Positions 25,601 through 37,200 of a DNA stretch of 64,000 nucleotides are shown piece after piece. The DNA is from Lytechinus pictus (Eukaryota), in the NCBI RefSeq assembly GCF_037042905.1, contig NC_087252.1:20834001-20898000 (forward strand), in the 5' to 3' direction. The notes beneath the pieces were generated by a model, which did not search any database, was not told the DNA's origin, and saw only the letters and a program-made list of their open reading frames with translations. The position numbers were made by a program, and so were the translations under genes. Each line of letters begins with the position of its first letter. Position 1 is the first letter of the stretch.

Positions 25601-28282
25601 GCCTCTTGTAGCTTGGCAAAGAACAAAGAGAACAAGATGGCGACGTAAACATCGGCAAGCTTTTTTCCGTCTTCTCAAAATGTTTTTCTCGGTTTTTTTA
25701 TGAATTCTTGTTTAAAAATGAAATCAACATCATATAAATGTCGGAAATGAAATTATATCCCATTTACATTTTAGGGCTAGCCTAGGCCTACATGTAGATC
25801 GTTTAAGTTAGAAGGAAAGTAAAAATCTCGGGGACGAAAAATTTCAGTTTTTTTCACAGTACCGTACACGCACATGAATGGGACGCAATCCCTGGCTCAG
25901 TGGAGAGTAAGCACACGTTAGTTAATGATTTTTTACTCTCTAGAAGCCTCCTGGCTAAGCAACACTGAGTACTCTGGGTGATTTCAAGTACGGTGTTCGG
26001 TGTTGGTGTTGAGAGCATGAAAACTGAAAAGACTGCTGAACCGAGCTCGAACACCGAGCTGAGTTCAGAGGAGCGATACCGATCGTGTAGCGATAGCCTA
26101 TGACATCACGCCTCTGCACTGCACTGCTGATCATCTCAACTTTATGTGAGAAATTCTCCACGACGAAAGTGAAATCGGGAAGAAATTGCAAGAAAATCTT
26201 ATCGTACAGAATGCAAAGGTTAAAATCACTGCAAGGAATCAGAAAGCATAAATATTACTTTTCATTAAAATGTATAAAACTCTTAATGATTTGCGCTCAT
26301 CTTAACTAAAACTAAAGTAAAAGATAATTTTACAAGGATGTTTCGTCGTGTTCGCCGCCTGTTCGTGAGCTACATCATACATGTACAGTATACAGTTCAT
26401 CACATCAACATCAACACCAACTTGAAATCATGATTTTCCTAATTTAACACCAGCTGTAAAATTACACTGTAACGCTCGGTTCAGCAGACGACATTCAACA
26501 CCAGCGCTCAACAAGAACTGCCGGAAATGCGTCATATTTTCCGAGGTCAATCCCAACACCAGCGTGATTTCAAGTACGGTGTTGTTGTGTTGTCACAATT
26601 TGTGACTTAACCAACACAATTTCAACACCGTAATTGAAATCACCCACTCACTGGAGTGTCAGTGATCAGTGACTGAGCGAGATCATTTTATTGAGCTCAA
26701 GGGAGGTTGATATTGATCCACCATTTAATTTAAAGGAGAATGAAACTCTTGGAGCAAGTTAGCTTTTGTGAAAGCAGAAAAATCAAAGAATAAGATCAAC
26801 AAAACTTTGAGTAAAATAGGACTAGCAATAAAAGAGTTATGAGCATTTGAATGTCGAGATCACTAATGCTATGGAGATCCTCCCATTGGCAATGCGACCA
26901 AGATCTGTGATGTCACACACGTACAACTCTCCCATTCGGACACTGAAAATATACCCCAAAACATCTCTTTTTGCTCATTCTTATCATATGACAAACGATT
27001 CATCAATTAATGATATAATGTTGTGAAACCTCTGTACTTGTCATCTCATAAAGAAAACACCTAACCTTGTGATAGACTCTATAAAAGTGAGAATATAAGT
27101 GAAATAAGTACTAAAGTAATGACGGAGTTGTACGTGTGTGATATCACAGATCTTGGTCGCATTGCCGATGGGAGGATCTACATGGCACTAGTGATCTCAA
27201 TATTCAAATGCTCATAACTTTCTTATTATTCATTCAATCTTCCTCAAACTTTCAACAATATGTTTCTTTGATTTTTCTCTTTGATATGGATTCAGCTAGT
27301 TTCAAGGGTTTCATTCTCCTTTAAATCATTTTTATTTATTCATCATCATCATCATCTGATACGGGAGTGAGATAATGCCTTCCTGTAAATCTCCCGGTCG
27401 TCAACGATCACGACTTCTAACAGTAGAGGCGCACGGCCAATATGGGAGACTCTCTCCAATAGGGGAGACAATCTCCCACATTGGAGACAATCTCCCACAT
27501 TGGACTCTTTGGAGACTTGTCTTGCAAAAGGACAAAAGAAACAACACCAACAAAAGCATGATTTTTTTTCCACCCAAAATTTTGTCTCACTGGACTGAGG
27601 TCAGAAGCCCATTTGACTTGTTTTGTGTGTGATTGACAACTTAAATCCTTGACAAAACAAAAGTAGACGGTGAATTTTTAATTAAAGTAGACGGTGAAAA
27701 GGGGTAATTTTTCATGAGGAATATCTGCTTATCACATTTTTATTTTCCGCCAAGGTAATCCTTTTGCAGCAAATGTAAACAAAGAAAATTGGTCTCCAAA
27801 ACTGGAGACTGTCTCTGAAATTGGATACCCAAATTCTTTACAAAAGTCTCTGATATTGGAGACAGTCTCCAGTCCAAGTCCAATTAAAATATTGGCCGTG
27901 CGCCTCTACTTACTCTAAGTTCTACTCTTTAATACGTGGTTTGTGAGACTGGATCAACTGTGTTACAGTGTATATACAACGGTTTAATGCCTATGATGAC
28001 TCTAAACTTAAAATCTACCCAATCCATCCAGCAAGCATTTTTTTTTGCTTCACTTACCGATTTGAAATCAATGACCATTTTCACAAGTGTGCCATCAAGC
28101 TTTTGAAACTGCAAATAAATCACATCGCGTTTGACATCAGCGTTTATACTCTCTTGAACAAGGTCACCACCGTCGTTTTTCACGTTGATTACCAGTTGAC
28201 ACATAACTCTGTGATTCAACATACAAAATAAAGCAATTAGTCCCCAAAGGAACCCCATTAAATTGAAATAATATCGCAACAT
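16663..28282 (-). CDS. OAF: Out at first protein homolog (secreted, Cys-rich C-terminus)
   Basis: Exons: 28282-28058, 25416-25282, 24619-24442, 16976-16663. All are GT-AG and phase-consistent, giving 283 aa. It has an N-terminal hydrophobic signal peptide and the OAF motifs DGTLVKMVIDFK, CFVTKF..SDAMSKLRQKNP, SPHIYNTC and WYPCGLKYC...YRCGIKTC...QKQHCLWD. Confidence 0.94.
17973..18929. mobile_element. Non-autonomous Helentron/DINE-1-like element (HINE; pearl/Tsp-like) with internal tandem repeats
   Basis: Subterminal inverted repeats gtctcacctgcat (17995) / atgcaggtgagac (18912), a terminal hairpin gtctcac..gtgagac, about 5 internal 160-180 bp units rich in tgacctttgacct, a (GCC)n microsatellite at 18848-18880, and A-rich flanks with no TSD. 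Confidence 0.75.
18954..19112. mobile_element. Short Harbinger-type MITE
   Basis: TIRs gggtccgtaacacaaagg / cctttgtgttacggggccc in a CAG context. Confidence 0.7.
20011..21721. mobile_element. Foldback-like non-autonomous DNA transposon with ~650-bp inverted arms
   Basis: Termini are taggagtgggctata / tatagcccactccta. The segment 20011-~20660 is the near reverse complement of ~21065-21721. A 7-bp direct repeat atagtag flanks it (20004-20010, 21722-21728). Confidence 0.88.
22271..22819. mobile_element. Palindromic MITE with ~200-bp inverted arms
   Basis: gcatcgctgccacattaccgg (~22393) is inverted at ~22665-22686; the outer ends are gccagccgcacagaaac / gtttctgtgtggccggc. Confidence 0.75.
23699..24305. 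mobile_element. Kolobok-like MITE, family A copy 2
   Basis: TTAA TSD, AGG...CCT termini, and high similarity to 5179-6543 and 59074-59665. Confidence 0.85.
25480..26715. repeat. Unclassified CpG-rich interspersed repeat with internal direct and inverted motifs
   Basis: tgatttcaagtacggtgtt occurs at ~25979 and ~26565 and inverted at ~26622-26642. The stretch is richer in CpG than its flanks; boundaries are uncertain. Confidence 0.4.
26734..27320. mobile_element. Kolobok-like MITE, family B copy 1
   Basis: TTAA TSD and long TIRs aggagaatgaaac / gtttcattctcct. A second copy lies at 48522-49108. Confidence 0.85.
27421..27910 (+). mobile_element. MITE with CAGTAGAGGCGCACGGCCAAT TIRs (hAT-like, 5-bp TSD), copy 1
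   Basis: TIRs at 27421 and 27891-27910, with internal ggagac repeats. An inverted near-identical copy lies at 30616-31064. Confidence 0.85.
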
Positions 28283-28845
28283 TTTAGAGTGTTCGTTTCT
28301 CCTTCCACAGCCCAAATACAGCCATAATTCACATTAGCAGAGCGCGCGCGCGCGCTATGGGAAAACAGTGTAAAGCCGTATCCTGGTATCAGCCTACCTT
28401 TATCGCGCCGGACTTCTAGGGGATCAGACGATTGTAGTTCCGTTAGCCACGAAACTTGGGGCCATTAACATTACGCACGGATGACAGGAATAATCCACTT
28501 TTGTAAAAGTTAAATGTGCTGAAATAATTCTTATACATATATCAAAATAACATCTCTCGATATCAGATTCGATTAGTAAAATAAAGGATTTTTATAATAT
28601 ATTTGATCTGAAGATACTGTTTAAAAAAACAATTACAATCGACTTTTAAATGTTTTTTTAAATAAAAAATAAAAAGATCCCACCCAAAATTAATGAACTT
28701 GTCCTTTCCACAGACCTCTTGCAACACGGATAGAAACAAGGTGCACAGTTCTCTATCGAGCTAAGGCCAAAATCGGCGACGTGTACCATTTTTCTTTGCC
28801 ATCAAGTACTGATTTCCCAAGAAATCAAGCCACTAAATATCAAAG
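28283..28845. promoter_or_regulatory. Bidirectional promoter and 5'UTR region shared by OAF (-) and RPLP1 (+)
   Basis: The start codons are 564 bp apart, head-to-head. The region is CpG-rich near OAF with a (GC)7 palindrome at 28342-28355. A TCT/5'TOP-like initiator tcctttcc at 28702-28709 is typical of ribosomal protein genes. Confidence 0.75.
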
Positions 28846-31800
28846 ATGTCTTCTGAGGACAATACTTCTGAGCTTGCCTGCGTTTACAGCGCTCTTATCC
28901 TCCAAGATGATGAGGTCCCAATCACGGTAATACTTCCCCCATAGTGTGTGCCCATGTATAAAGTTTTGTGTAATGTCCGCGAAGCTAAAAGTTTAAAACC
29001 TTCAGCATGGCTTATATAAGTTAATTGCAGATTACACCCCATAAAGTTGAATGGGTAGACACTTTCTATTTGGCAAGTATGCCTTGTTCGAAAAGTGGTG
29101 GGTGGGGTGTATCCTTAATATACGTATTCTGCACTTGTCATGGACATGGCTAGGCTCCATGCGTGTTGCCAATCAATGGCAATGCCATGGCCATGCCCAT
29201 GTTACTACAACTTATTATAAAATAGCTGTATTATTTCAAGCATCGCGATTGGTCAATACGCGTCACATGACATCCAACTTTTTTTGTGCACTGCACGGTA
29301 GTGCAAAAGGTGTGCAACGAAAATTGACATTGCACGCTCGAGCAAACCAGTGCGGTAAAGTCCAACAAAACTGTACTGTAAGTTTTTTAAAAATTGTTTC
29401 TGTGTTGCTATTTCATAAAACAAATAATGCACTTGCTCTGTCTTGCATAAAACTTAAAAGTAAATGCAGAGAAAGCTCGGTTTCTTCAGATGGAGCACAC
29501 TGGGCACTCGCCGCAAGCGGCTCGTGCACAGTGCGACTCCTATCTAAAGAAACCTCGCGTGCTCTGCATTTCCACTAACGCACTCGGCTGCATGCATTAT
29601 TTGTATACTATTTACATCGTTGGCTGTTAAACGTTATTCGTTAATGTTGCTGATGAAGAACGCATAAAAGATTATTCTTAATCTTAGTCTCAGATGGTCC
29701 AGTATGGCAGTAAAAACTGTAGGCCTACTAAAAAAGTAAAAGTTGGACTCAATGTCTCAATCCAATTTTGATATGTTTGAACTTTGTTGAATGAGTCTGT
29801 TTTCTGTGGTGTGCAGGTGTGAATATGGAATGCCTGAAAGTTTGTGTGATGATGTACAATAATTCAACAGTTGGGGTAGAGAAACTAGCCCGAATTTTAA
29901 ATGTCAATTTGTCTAACTTATTTCACAGGCCATGCAGCACAGACCCAGTCCAAAAAAAAAGAAGAAAAAAAGAAAGATTAACAGAAAAGAAATAATGAGA
30001 AGGAAAAAAAAGGATGAAGGGAAAGAAGCTTTTTCATTTCATCCTCTCAATTCAAAGAAGGCTCCAAATTAAAGCAGTGGCAAAAAGAGTCAATTTTTTT
30101 ACTGGTGTCCAACACCACAAGACAGAAGGAGAATCACCACAGGAGCCTCAGGAGGAAAGTCCAGATTTCAACTCCAAAACCAAAATCCCCTTTGAAAAGT
30201 TGGCAAATGTTGCCCTACAAATACAGAATCTGTGCCGCATTTCCAGGGCAAGCAGCAGCTTAGCTCAGTCAGATATAAGAAGCGGGGTCGCCAAGAAATG
30301 CACTGAAAATGATGAAATCTGTGGTTCCAAATTTTTAATGTTCCCACAAATTTAGAATATCTTGTATCTTCTAAATGATATAAGAAAAAAATATGAACCC
30401 CAGAAAAGCTCAACCGCATTGAATCTGCACCGAAATCAAATCTACGGCATGCTAGTGGGTTGCCTTCATAGTTCCACAGGGGTTCTGCATGTAATGTGGG
30501 CTGAATGGCCACTGCAACTTCTGGGGGTTGCATACCGTATCGCGTGCGGCTCTTGCACACACTGTCAAAGTGGGGTACTGGCGAATCACAGCCGCAAAAC
30601 ATGGAGATACATTGTCAGTAGAGGCGCACGGCCAATATTGGAGACTATACTATCTCCAATGTGGGAGATTATCTCCAATATCAGAGACTTTTGTAAAGAA
30701 TTTTGGTATCCAATTTTAGAGACAGTCTCCAGTTTTGGAGTCCAATTTCCTTTGTTTACATTTGCTGCAAAACAATTACCTTGGCGGCAAATAAAAATGT
30801 GATAAGCAGATTTCTCATTAAAAATTACCCCTTTTCACTGTCTACTTTAAAAATTCACAGTCTACTTTTGTTTTGATAAGGATTTTTGTTGTCAATCACA
30901 CACAGAACAAATGGGCTTCTGACCTCAGTGAGACAAAATTTTGGGTGGAAAAAATCATGTTTTTGTTGGTGTTTCTTTTGTCCTTTTGCAAAGCAAGTCT
31001 CCAATGTGGGAGATTGTCTCCCCTATTGGAGAGAGTCTCCCATATTGGCCTTGTGCCTCTACTGATTGTATCAGGGAATTCTCTGTTTCCATTGTTAGAT
31101 TTGTATGAAATATTGAGGTGGAAGTTGAAAATAAAATTGCTTTGAAAGTAGACAAATATATTCAACAAACATTGATACAAAATTTCATTTTGTGAAAAGA
31201 CATGTAAGATAAAAAAAAAATGTTGCAGAAAATCTAAACATGCCAGTCGAAATTTGGGCAACAAATGAGTCTAAGAAACCGGCTCATGGGGGGGGGGGGG
31301 GGGGCATCATATGGCATGATAACAGTTGTAGATCAAAGGAGAGTTGAGTATAAAATTAAAAGAGGGAGGAAAGTGGAGAATCTGCAGTGTGAGCTAATTT
31401 CCAAGGCAGAAAGGATAAGAAAGAACTTTTAGGGGGATAAAAACAAGATGCTATGAGAGAAAGTAGAATTTATAGTGTTAATCGATCCAAGGTGAAATCT
31501 TGGTGGTTTTTGGCCAAAGATGGTTCCAAATGGTTTCAGAGTGATAATTGTTTACCTTGGATAGATCTACAAATTATACACGAATCATTTGTACACTACA
31601 ATAAAACACTGTAAAGTGAGTGGATGAACTATGCTGAAAGTCAAAATGTCCTAACTTTGCTTTCATAAAATCTAATGAATTATACATGCATATCATATGA
31701 AAGAGAATAGTGTAGCCTTCGTTTTCCACCTCAGTAACAGTTATACATGAATGATAGTGATAGTCATTGACATTTAGTGAGATAGTGCATATTTTCATAC

Positions 31801-34047
31801 CTTTCTGTGATCATTGAAGCGTAACTAACAATGCTTCAATAATCACAACTTATTATTTATTTTTTCTGAGAGTCGAGAGGATATGCTTTAATTTCATATA
31901 AAGTTTGGATCCTTTGCTATTTTTACAGGAAATGAAATATGAAAATGAATCTAATAACATCTTGGTACAAAAGTCAATGAGGTGACACCAGTCAGATATT
32001 CATTCGTTTTTAAATCGTTTGCGAAATGCGTGATGATTGAAATATTAGGAACTGTATATCAACTGAAATGTTGCTCGCTACATGTATGTTTGAAAAATTT
32101 GCAAATGATTTTCGACCAATGCACAGACCCCCCCCCCCCCATCTTGTGCCTTCCCTCTCTTGTCTCTATCTTCCTCTTTCTCACTCCCTCCCCCCCCCCC
32201 CCCCCCCGCCCCAAAGCCTTTTCTTTCAACTTCAAGCTGTCCTAAAGTCAGATACATTAACTGGCATCCTTGGATTGACCGACTCTGATCCATTTTTAAA
32301 TGTTGATCTTCATTTGTTTGTATTGTTATTGAATTCTCTGTCCATAGGCCGACAAACTTCAAACCTTGATCAAGGCTGCTGGAGTTAATGTGGAACCGTA
32401 CTGGTGCAGCCTCTTTGCCAAGGCTCTGTCAAGCGTTGACTTGTCTACCCTCATCGCCAACGTAGGAGCCGGTGGTGGCGGTGGTGGAGCTGCTGCTGCC
32501 CCAGCTGGAGATGCTGGTGGCGAGGCTCCCGCCGAAGGTAAGTCCGGGTACTCTTTCTCAAATTTGTAAACAGATTGTGGAAAGCTACTCAAAATTGTCC
32601 CATAGGATTGGTTGATGGCCGGGATGGTCGTATGGAAATTGTTGGTGAAGAGGAAACTGATGCCCTCTCTTCAGATGTTTGCGATGCAATTGCTGAAGGT
32701 GAACTAGGTATCTCTGTCGTAAACTTGATTGCAATAATCACAATACTCGTGCATGCCATGTCATCGGTTGATACTGATGGTAAATTTCTTCAAGAAATTT
32801 TGGTTGAACGTGGAGCTGCTAAAGCCACTTCTGAATGTGAAATAGGGTCGTCTTTCATAACACGAAGTTTCAAATGACCCTTGCAAGTCTCAGCGCTGTA
32901 ACTCACTTTTATAAGATTAGGAGTGTTTCATAGTGTTTCATCTGACAAAAGACGGCTTCCAAAGTCTGTGGTTTTAATTGGCAAAGAAGCTCAAGTGTCA
33001 AACGATCCAAGTATGGATAATCTTTATTCATGTTGAATGAGCAGTGTTTATATTTACATAGGGGCAATTCCATAAAATGATCAACCTTTTTGTACATCCA
33101 ACCCCCATTTTCTCAAGTCTTCACTTCGTTAACTGACCAAGCCATGGTCATTTGAGAGCATTACAGACTATCAAAAGAACCAGAAATCAGGGACAGAAAA
33201 TTTTATGAAGGTCCCACATATAGGGGGTCGGACATATTTTATGGAATTGCCCATAGGTTATCATAAAATTCTCTGTATCCATTCTTGGTAACATTGTTCT
33301 ATCTGCTTTGTTCTTTCCCCATTACAGAAAAGAAGGAGGAAGTGAAGGAAGAGTCCGAGGAGTCTGATGACGACATGGGTTTCGGTGAGTTCATATTCAT
33401 CTTTAATCTGCCTATCTCACAGCTGATAATTGATATATTTTTTCCCCATTTAGAAGGATGTTTAATAGGAAATTGACACTGATAGATCCCCCCCCCTAAA
33501 AATTTGAATTTTAAAAATTGTAATGGAAAATAGGATTTAGGCTTGAAATTAGGATATAAAGATTTTTTTCACAAATTAAGGTTGGCAGCTCTGCTATTTG
33601 GGTATCTTCTCCGGGATTGGAAATGGATTCAAACACTTGTCAACTACCACAATAATTTTACACTTAATGTTCTATTTTCCTGTGATTTTTGGCTACTCCC
33701 CTGAATAGCCAGTAGCCTTTTACCCATATCCATGAGGCATTACTTTTTTATGTACACTTTAATAGCAAACTGCTCCCAAAGTCATGCATTGATTACATTT
33801 ACATCCATTTGATTTCTGTAAATCGTAATTGAAGAATAATTTTTGCTATTCTTTATTCCACGACTCATTATTCGTGTAACAGTGTATCTTTCTTTTTTTT
33901 TTGGGGGGGGAGGGGTCCTTTACTGTTGAATTCACTTAAGTTTATTGGTGAATCTTACAAATACATGCCCTCATTATCAATTAAATTCTTAACACTTTTT
34001 TCTTCTCTTCCCTTTGGTATCTTCTAATCACAGGTCTGTTCGACTAG
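28846..34047 (+). CDS. RPLP1: 60S acidic ribosomal protein P1
   Basis: Exons: 28846-28926, 32348-32537, 33328-33384, 34034-34047, giving 113 aa: [54 protein letters not shown]...[24 protein letters not shown]. Confidence 0.97.
30616..31064 (-). mobile_element. MITE with CAGTAGAGGCGCACGGCCAAT TIRs, copy 2 (inverted relative to copy 1)
   Basis: TIRs and a 5-bp TSD attgt (30611-30615, 31065-31069); the body is the reverse complement of 27421-27910. Confidence 0.85.
33061..33253. mobile_element. Short MITE in RPLP1 intron 2
   Basis: TIRs gggcaattccataaaat / attttatggaattgccc flanked by TA. A related end lies at ~54994. Confidence 0.65.
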
Positions 34048-34218
34048 AAATCTTGGACGCGCCCTCTGCCTCTCGACACCATCGCTGCCCATTCCAAAGC
34101 AGGCCACCCATCATCGGCATTTACCATCACGTCAAAAAGAACGATGCATTTATGAATAGGAGAGATAGCTCATCTCTGTATCTAAGCCTCTAACATCAAT
34201 GATCTATTTATCAGAGTG

Positions 34219-34224
34219 AATAAA
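34219..34224 (+). terminator. Probable RPLP1 polyadenylation signal AATAAA
   Basis: First AATAAA, ~170 nt after the RPLP1 stop, followed by GT/T-rich downstream sequence. Confidence 0.65.
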
Positions 34225-37200
34225 TTGCCTTTGTGAGCCAGGCAGTCTTTGATTTTTTGTGGCAAACGCAACCAATTGTTTTACTGTTTTATTTTGTTCA
34301 TTTTCTTCGTGTGCATTGTGGTTGGTGGTGTTTGCCATTGACCTAGCAAGAAGAAAGGCCAATGCGGCAGGCCAAAGAAACCGTGTACTGTATGTATCTC
34401 AAAATAGCAGAGAGTGATATGAAAACATGGCAAAAATGGGATGCATGTAAAAAATGAGTGTAGTGGATGCAAGGGGGCTGTCCACTGACAAAAGGAATCA
34501 ACTGTAGAATGAGTTTCATAGTAAATGACAAAAATTTGCCATCGTTTTATGTGGGCATATGTATATATATATATAGAGAGAGAGTCATTCGCTTTTCAAA
34601 TGTCTATATTTCAGAAATTGGGGACTTCAGTGATTACAATTTCTTTAGGATTATGTAGAGAACAGAAGATATAAAGAAAGTATCCCAAATTGAGAAAAAA
34701 ATTCAAGTTTGAAAGGAAATGAAGTTGCTTCCTTTTGTCAGTAGATGGCAGTAAAGTGGATGAAGTTACTGCTACAGTCACACGACTCACACCAAGGAAA
34801 CAGACCCCAAACCGACCAATGGTATGTCATTGGAAATAAACGCAATAAAGTTTGTCGTTCTAGGGGGTGTTTCACAAAGATTTAAATATGACTTGGAGTT
34901 GTCTTGCATGTCCAGTTGTGTGCATTATAAAAGGCATGACCGCATTGGTCAGACCATGCCATGAGGACGCGCACTACTGCATATTGATCAATGAGATTGT
35001 GCGTTGCATTTCATGTACACGTTGGCATTTAAGTGCGACTTTTTTTTTAAAGCCGTACTTAAATCTTTGTGAAACGCCCCCCTGGAGTCGGTTTTGCATG
35101 TGTGATTGAGTATATGAGTGGTTCGAGGACGATGTTAGTGAGTGAAACAAGATTTTTAGCAAGATCATCAAGGTGTGCAGTGGCCCAAAGATTCATTAAT
35201 TTTGTGACGTGATGTGCAAAAGCAGCTGTCCCGTATGTTGTGTAATGAAATTTACATAAGTTCTCATTTCTTAATGGTTCATGACAACATAAAAATATTT
35301 GTTAATGGCCAGAAATCCATCTTATATCATTTCCTCTCACTTCTCCCTTTTCTAGCTTTGAAGCATATTTCAAGTTTGGTTTAGAAGTATGATTAAAAAA
35401 ACTATTTCAAGTCAACACAAGTGACTTTGTACAAGTCAATATTATACAAATGGGACCCGTCATTCTATTATCCAATGTTATCCCTTTCCCCTTCTTGATT
35501 TCCTTTTTATCATCCCTCTCTCCTTCCCTCCCTGTCTCGCCCCCTCTCTCCCTCTCATTCTCCATTTCTACCTTTTTTCTTTTGTCCCCTCACCTCTGTT
35601 TAGCTTGAACAATCAGGAAAGAAACAAATGATCACTAAAAATGTTTGTATACCAATTTCATTTAAGTGAGTTTATTTATTCTTGAATACACCTTTAAACA
35701 TGTCTACAATATCATCAATAACAAAATTTGAACATGTACTAGTATGTAGCAGAAGACATGAAAGTATAAAGCTAAATGAAAGTTGAAGAAAAAGAAAAGA
35801 CTTTTGAATGGAACAATTATCGTTATTGCTGGAAAGGTCTTTTCACATCAAAAACGAAAACTTTTACACTAGCATTGAATCTGTTTCATGCTCGTAAAAA
35901 ACTACTGGATCAAAGATTTCACAATTGGTTCATTAAAATATGAACTATTAGGGTGTAATGAAAGAAATATAGACATTGTGTAACAGCATTATCATTTATA
36001 TGGTAAATTTCATCTAATTGAATTCTTACTTTATTTAGTCCTAAACTTTCAAATATTAGGATTCGTTAAAGGCAAACCATTCATTACTGATGGTGAAAGA
36101 CTTGTCACTTTAATAAGTTACAACTTAATAATCAGACACAGTATTCATTACATTCAAATTGCTTTTTAATGTAGCTCGGGATTCATTTAATAGCTTCCTG
36201 AGTAAAATATTCATCAAGGGTGAAAAAAATATAGGAAAAATTGACATTATATCATAAGCAATACATAGTATATCTGATAAATATAATTAAAGATATGACA
36301 TTTAATACAACTGAGATGTCTCATGTACCACTGCAGGTTTCAAGAAAATGAGATGTATTCTATTGAAAAAGATTTTTTTCACACATGACACGTTGCAAGA
36401 AACTTGTGATCTGTTGCAAATCTATCGAGAGATTCCCAAAATCATTCATACGCAATGCAACTAATTATTACAAATTTGCAATCAGTTGTTGAACTGCTTC
36501 TTGAAACAAAAAGTTTAAATTGATTTTTACAGCTAAAATTGATCAATCAATCATCATATTGCAACAGAAATTGACATTTGATCGTAAATATTTTCTTGCA
36601 AAATCCCCGAAGGCAGCGCCATTGCATACTGATCATGGGCAAGACAACCTAACAGGTCTTCTTTTCTCTCCGTCTCAATTGAAAATTAGGAGTGTTACGG
36701 AGTTACATGCATGGGGGCGATCCAAGGGGGACGTGTCAGCCCCCCCCCCCCCCGGCCTGTATGTGTGACAGCCTATGGGAGATGTGCCTCTTCCTTATTC
36801 ATTCTTCTATACATTGATTAATCCATTTATTTATTCATTCATTCATTGATTCATTCAATAATTCATTTAGTCATTCATTTATCTATATAATCATTTATTC
36901 ACAAATCAATTTATTCGTTCATTTATGTCAAGTATTTAGGACTTCAAATAACTTTGGGGCAAGTTAGCAAGTAAGTACCAACTAATATTTAAAATACATA
37001 ATAGGGAACTACTTAAATATACTAACTTATATTTAGAAAAAATTCAAAAAGGTATGCTAATTTTTGAAATAATTGATAAAAGATAAACCACCTGCAAATA
37101 TTTTGATTCCTGTTTGATGTCTGAATTATTTGTTCTCTTTATCTTTTTATTGTCCCAATAAAGCATATACCAATCAAGAACATGAAAACTATTATTTTCC

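Noticed and set aside
29051..30802. ORFs of 113-175 aa in RPLP1 intron 1
   Set aside because: They show no recognisable homology, overlap repeat or MITE sequence, and are not needed for the complete 113-aa P1 protein.
31970..32070. Possible C/D-box snoRNA in RPLP1 intron 1 (GTGATGA at ~32030, CTGA at ~32063)
   Set aside because: The boxes are too close for a C/D pair, there is no terminal stem, and no rRNA or snRNA antisense element could be recognised.
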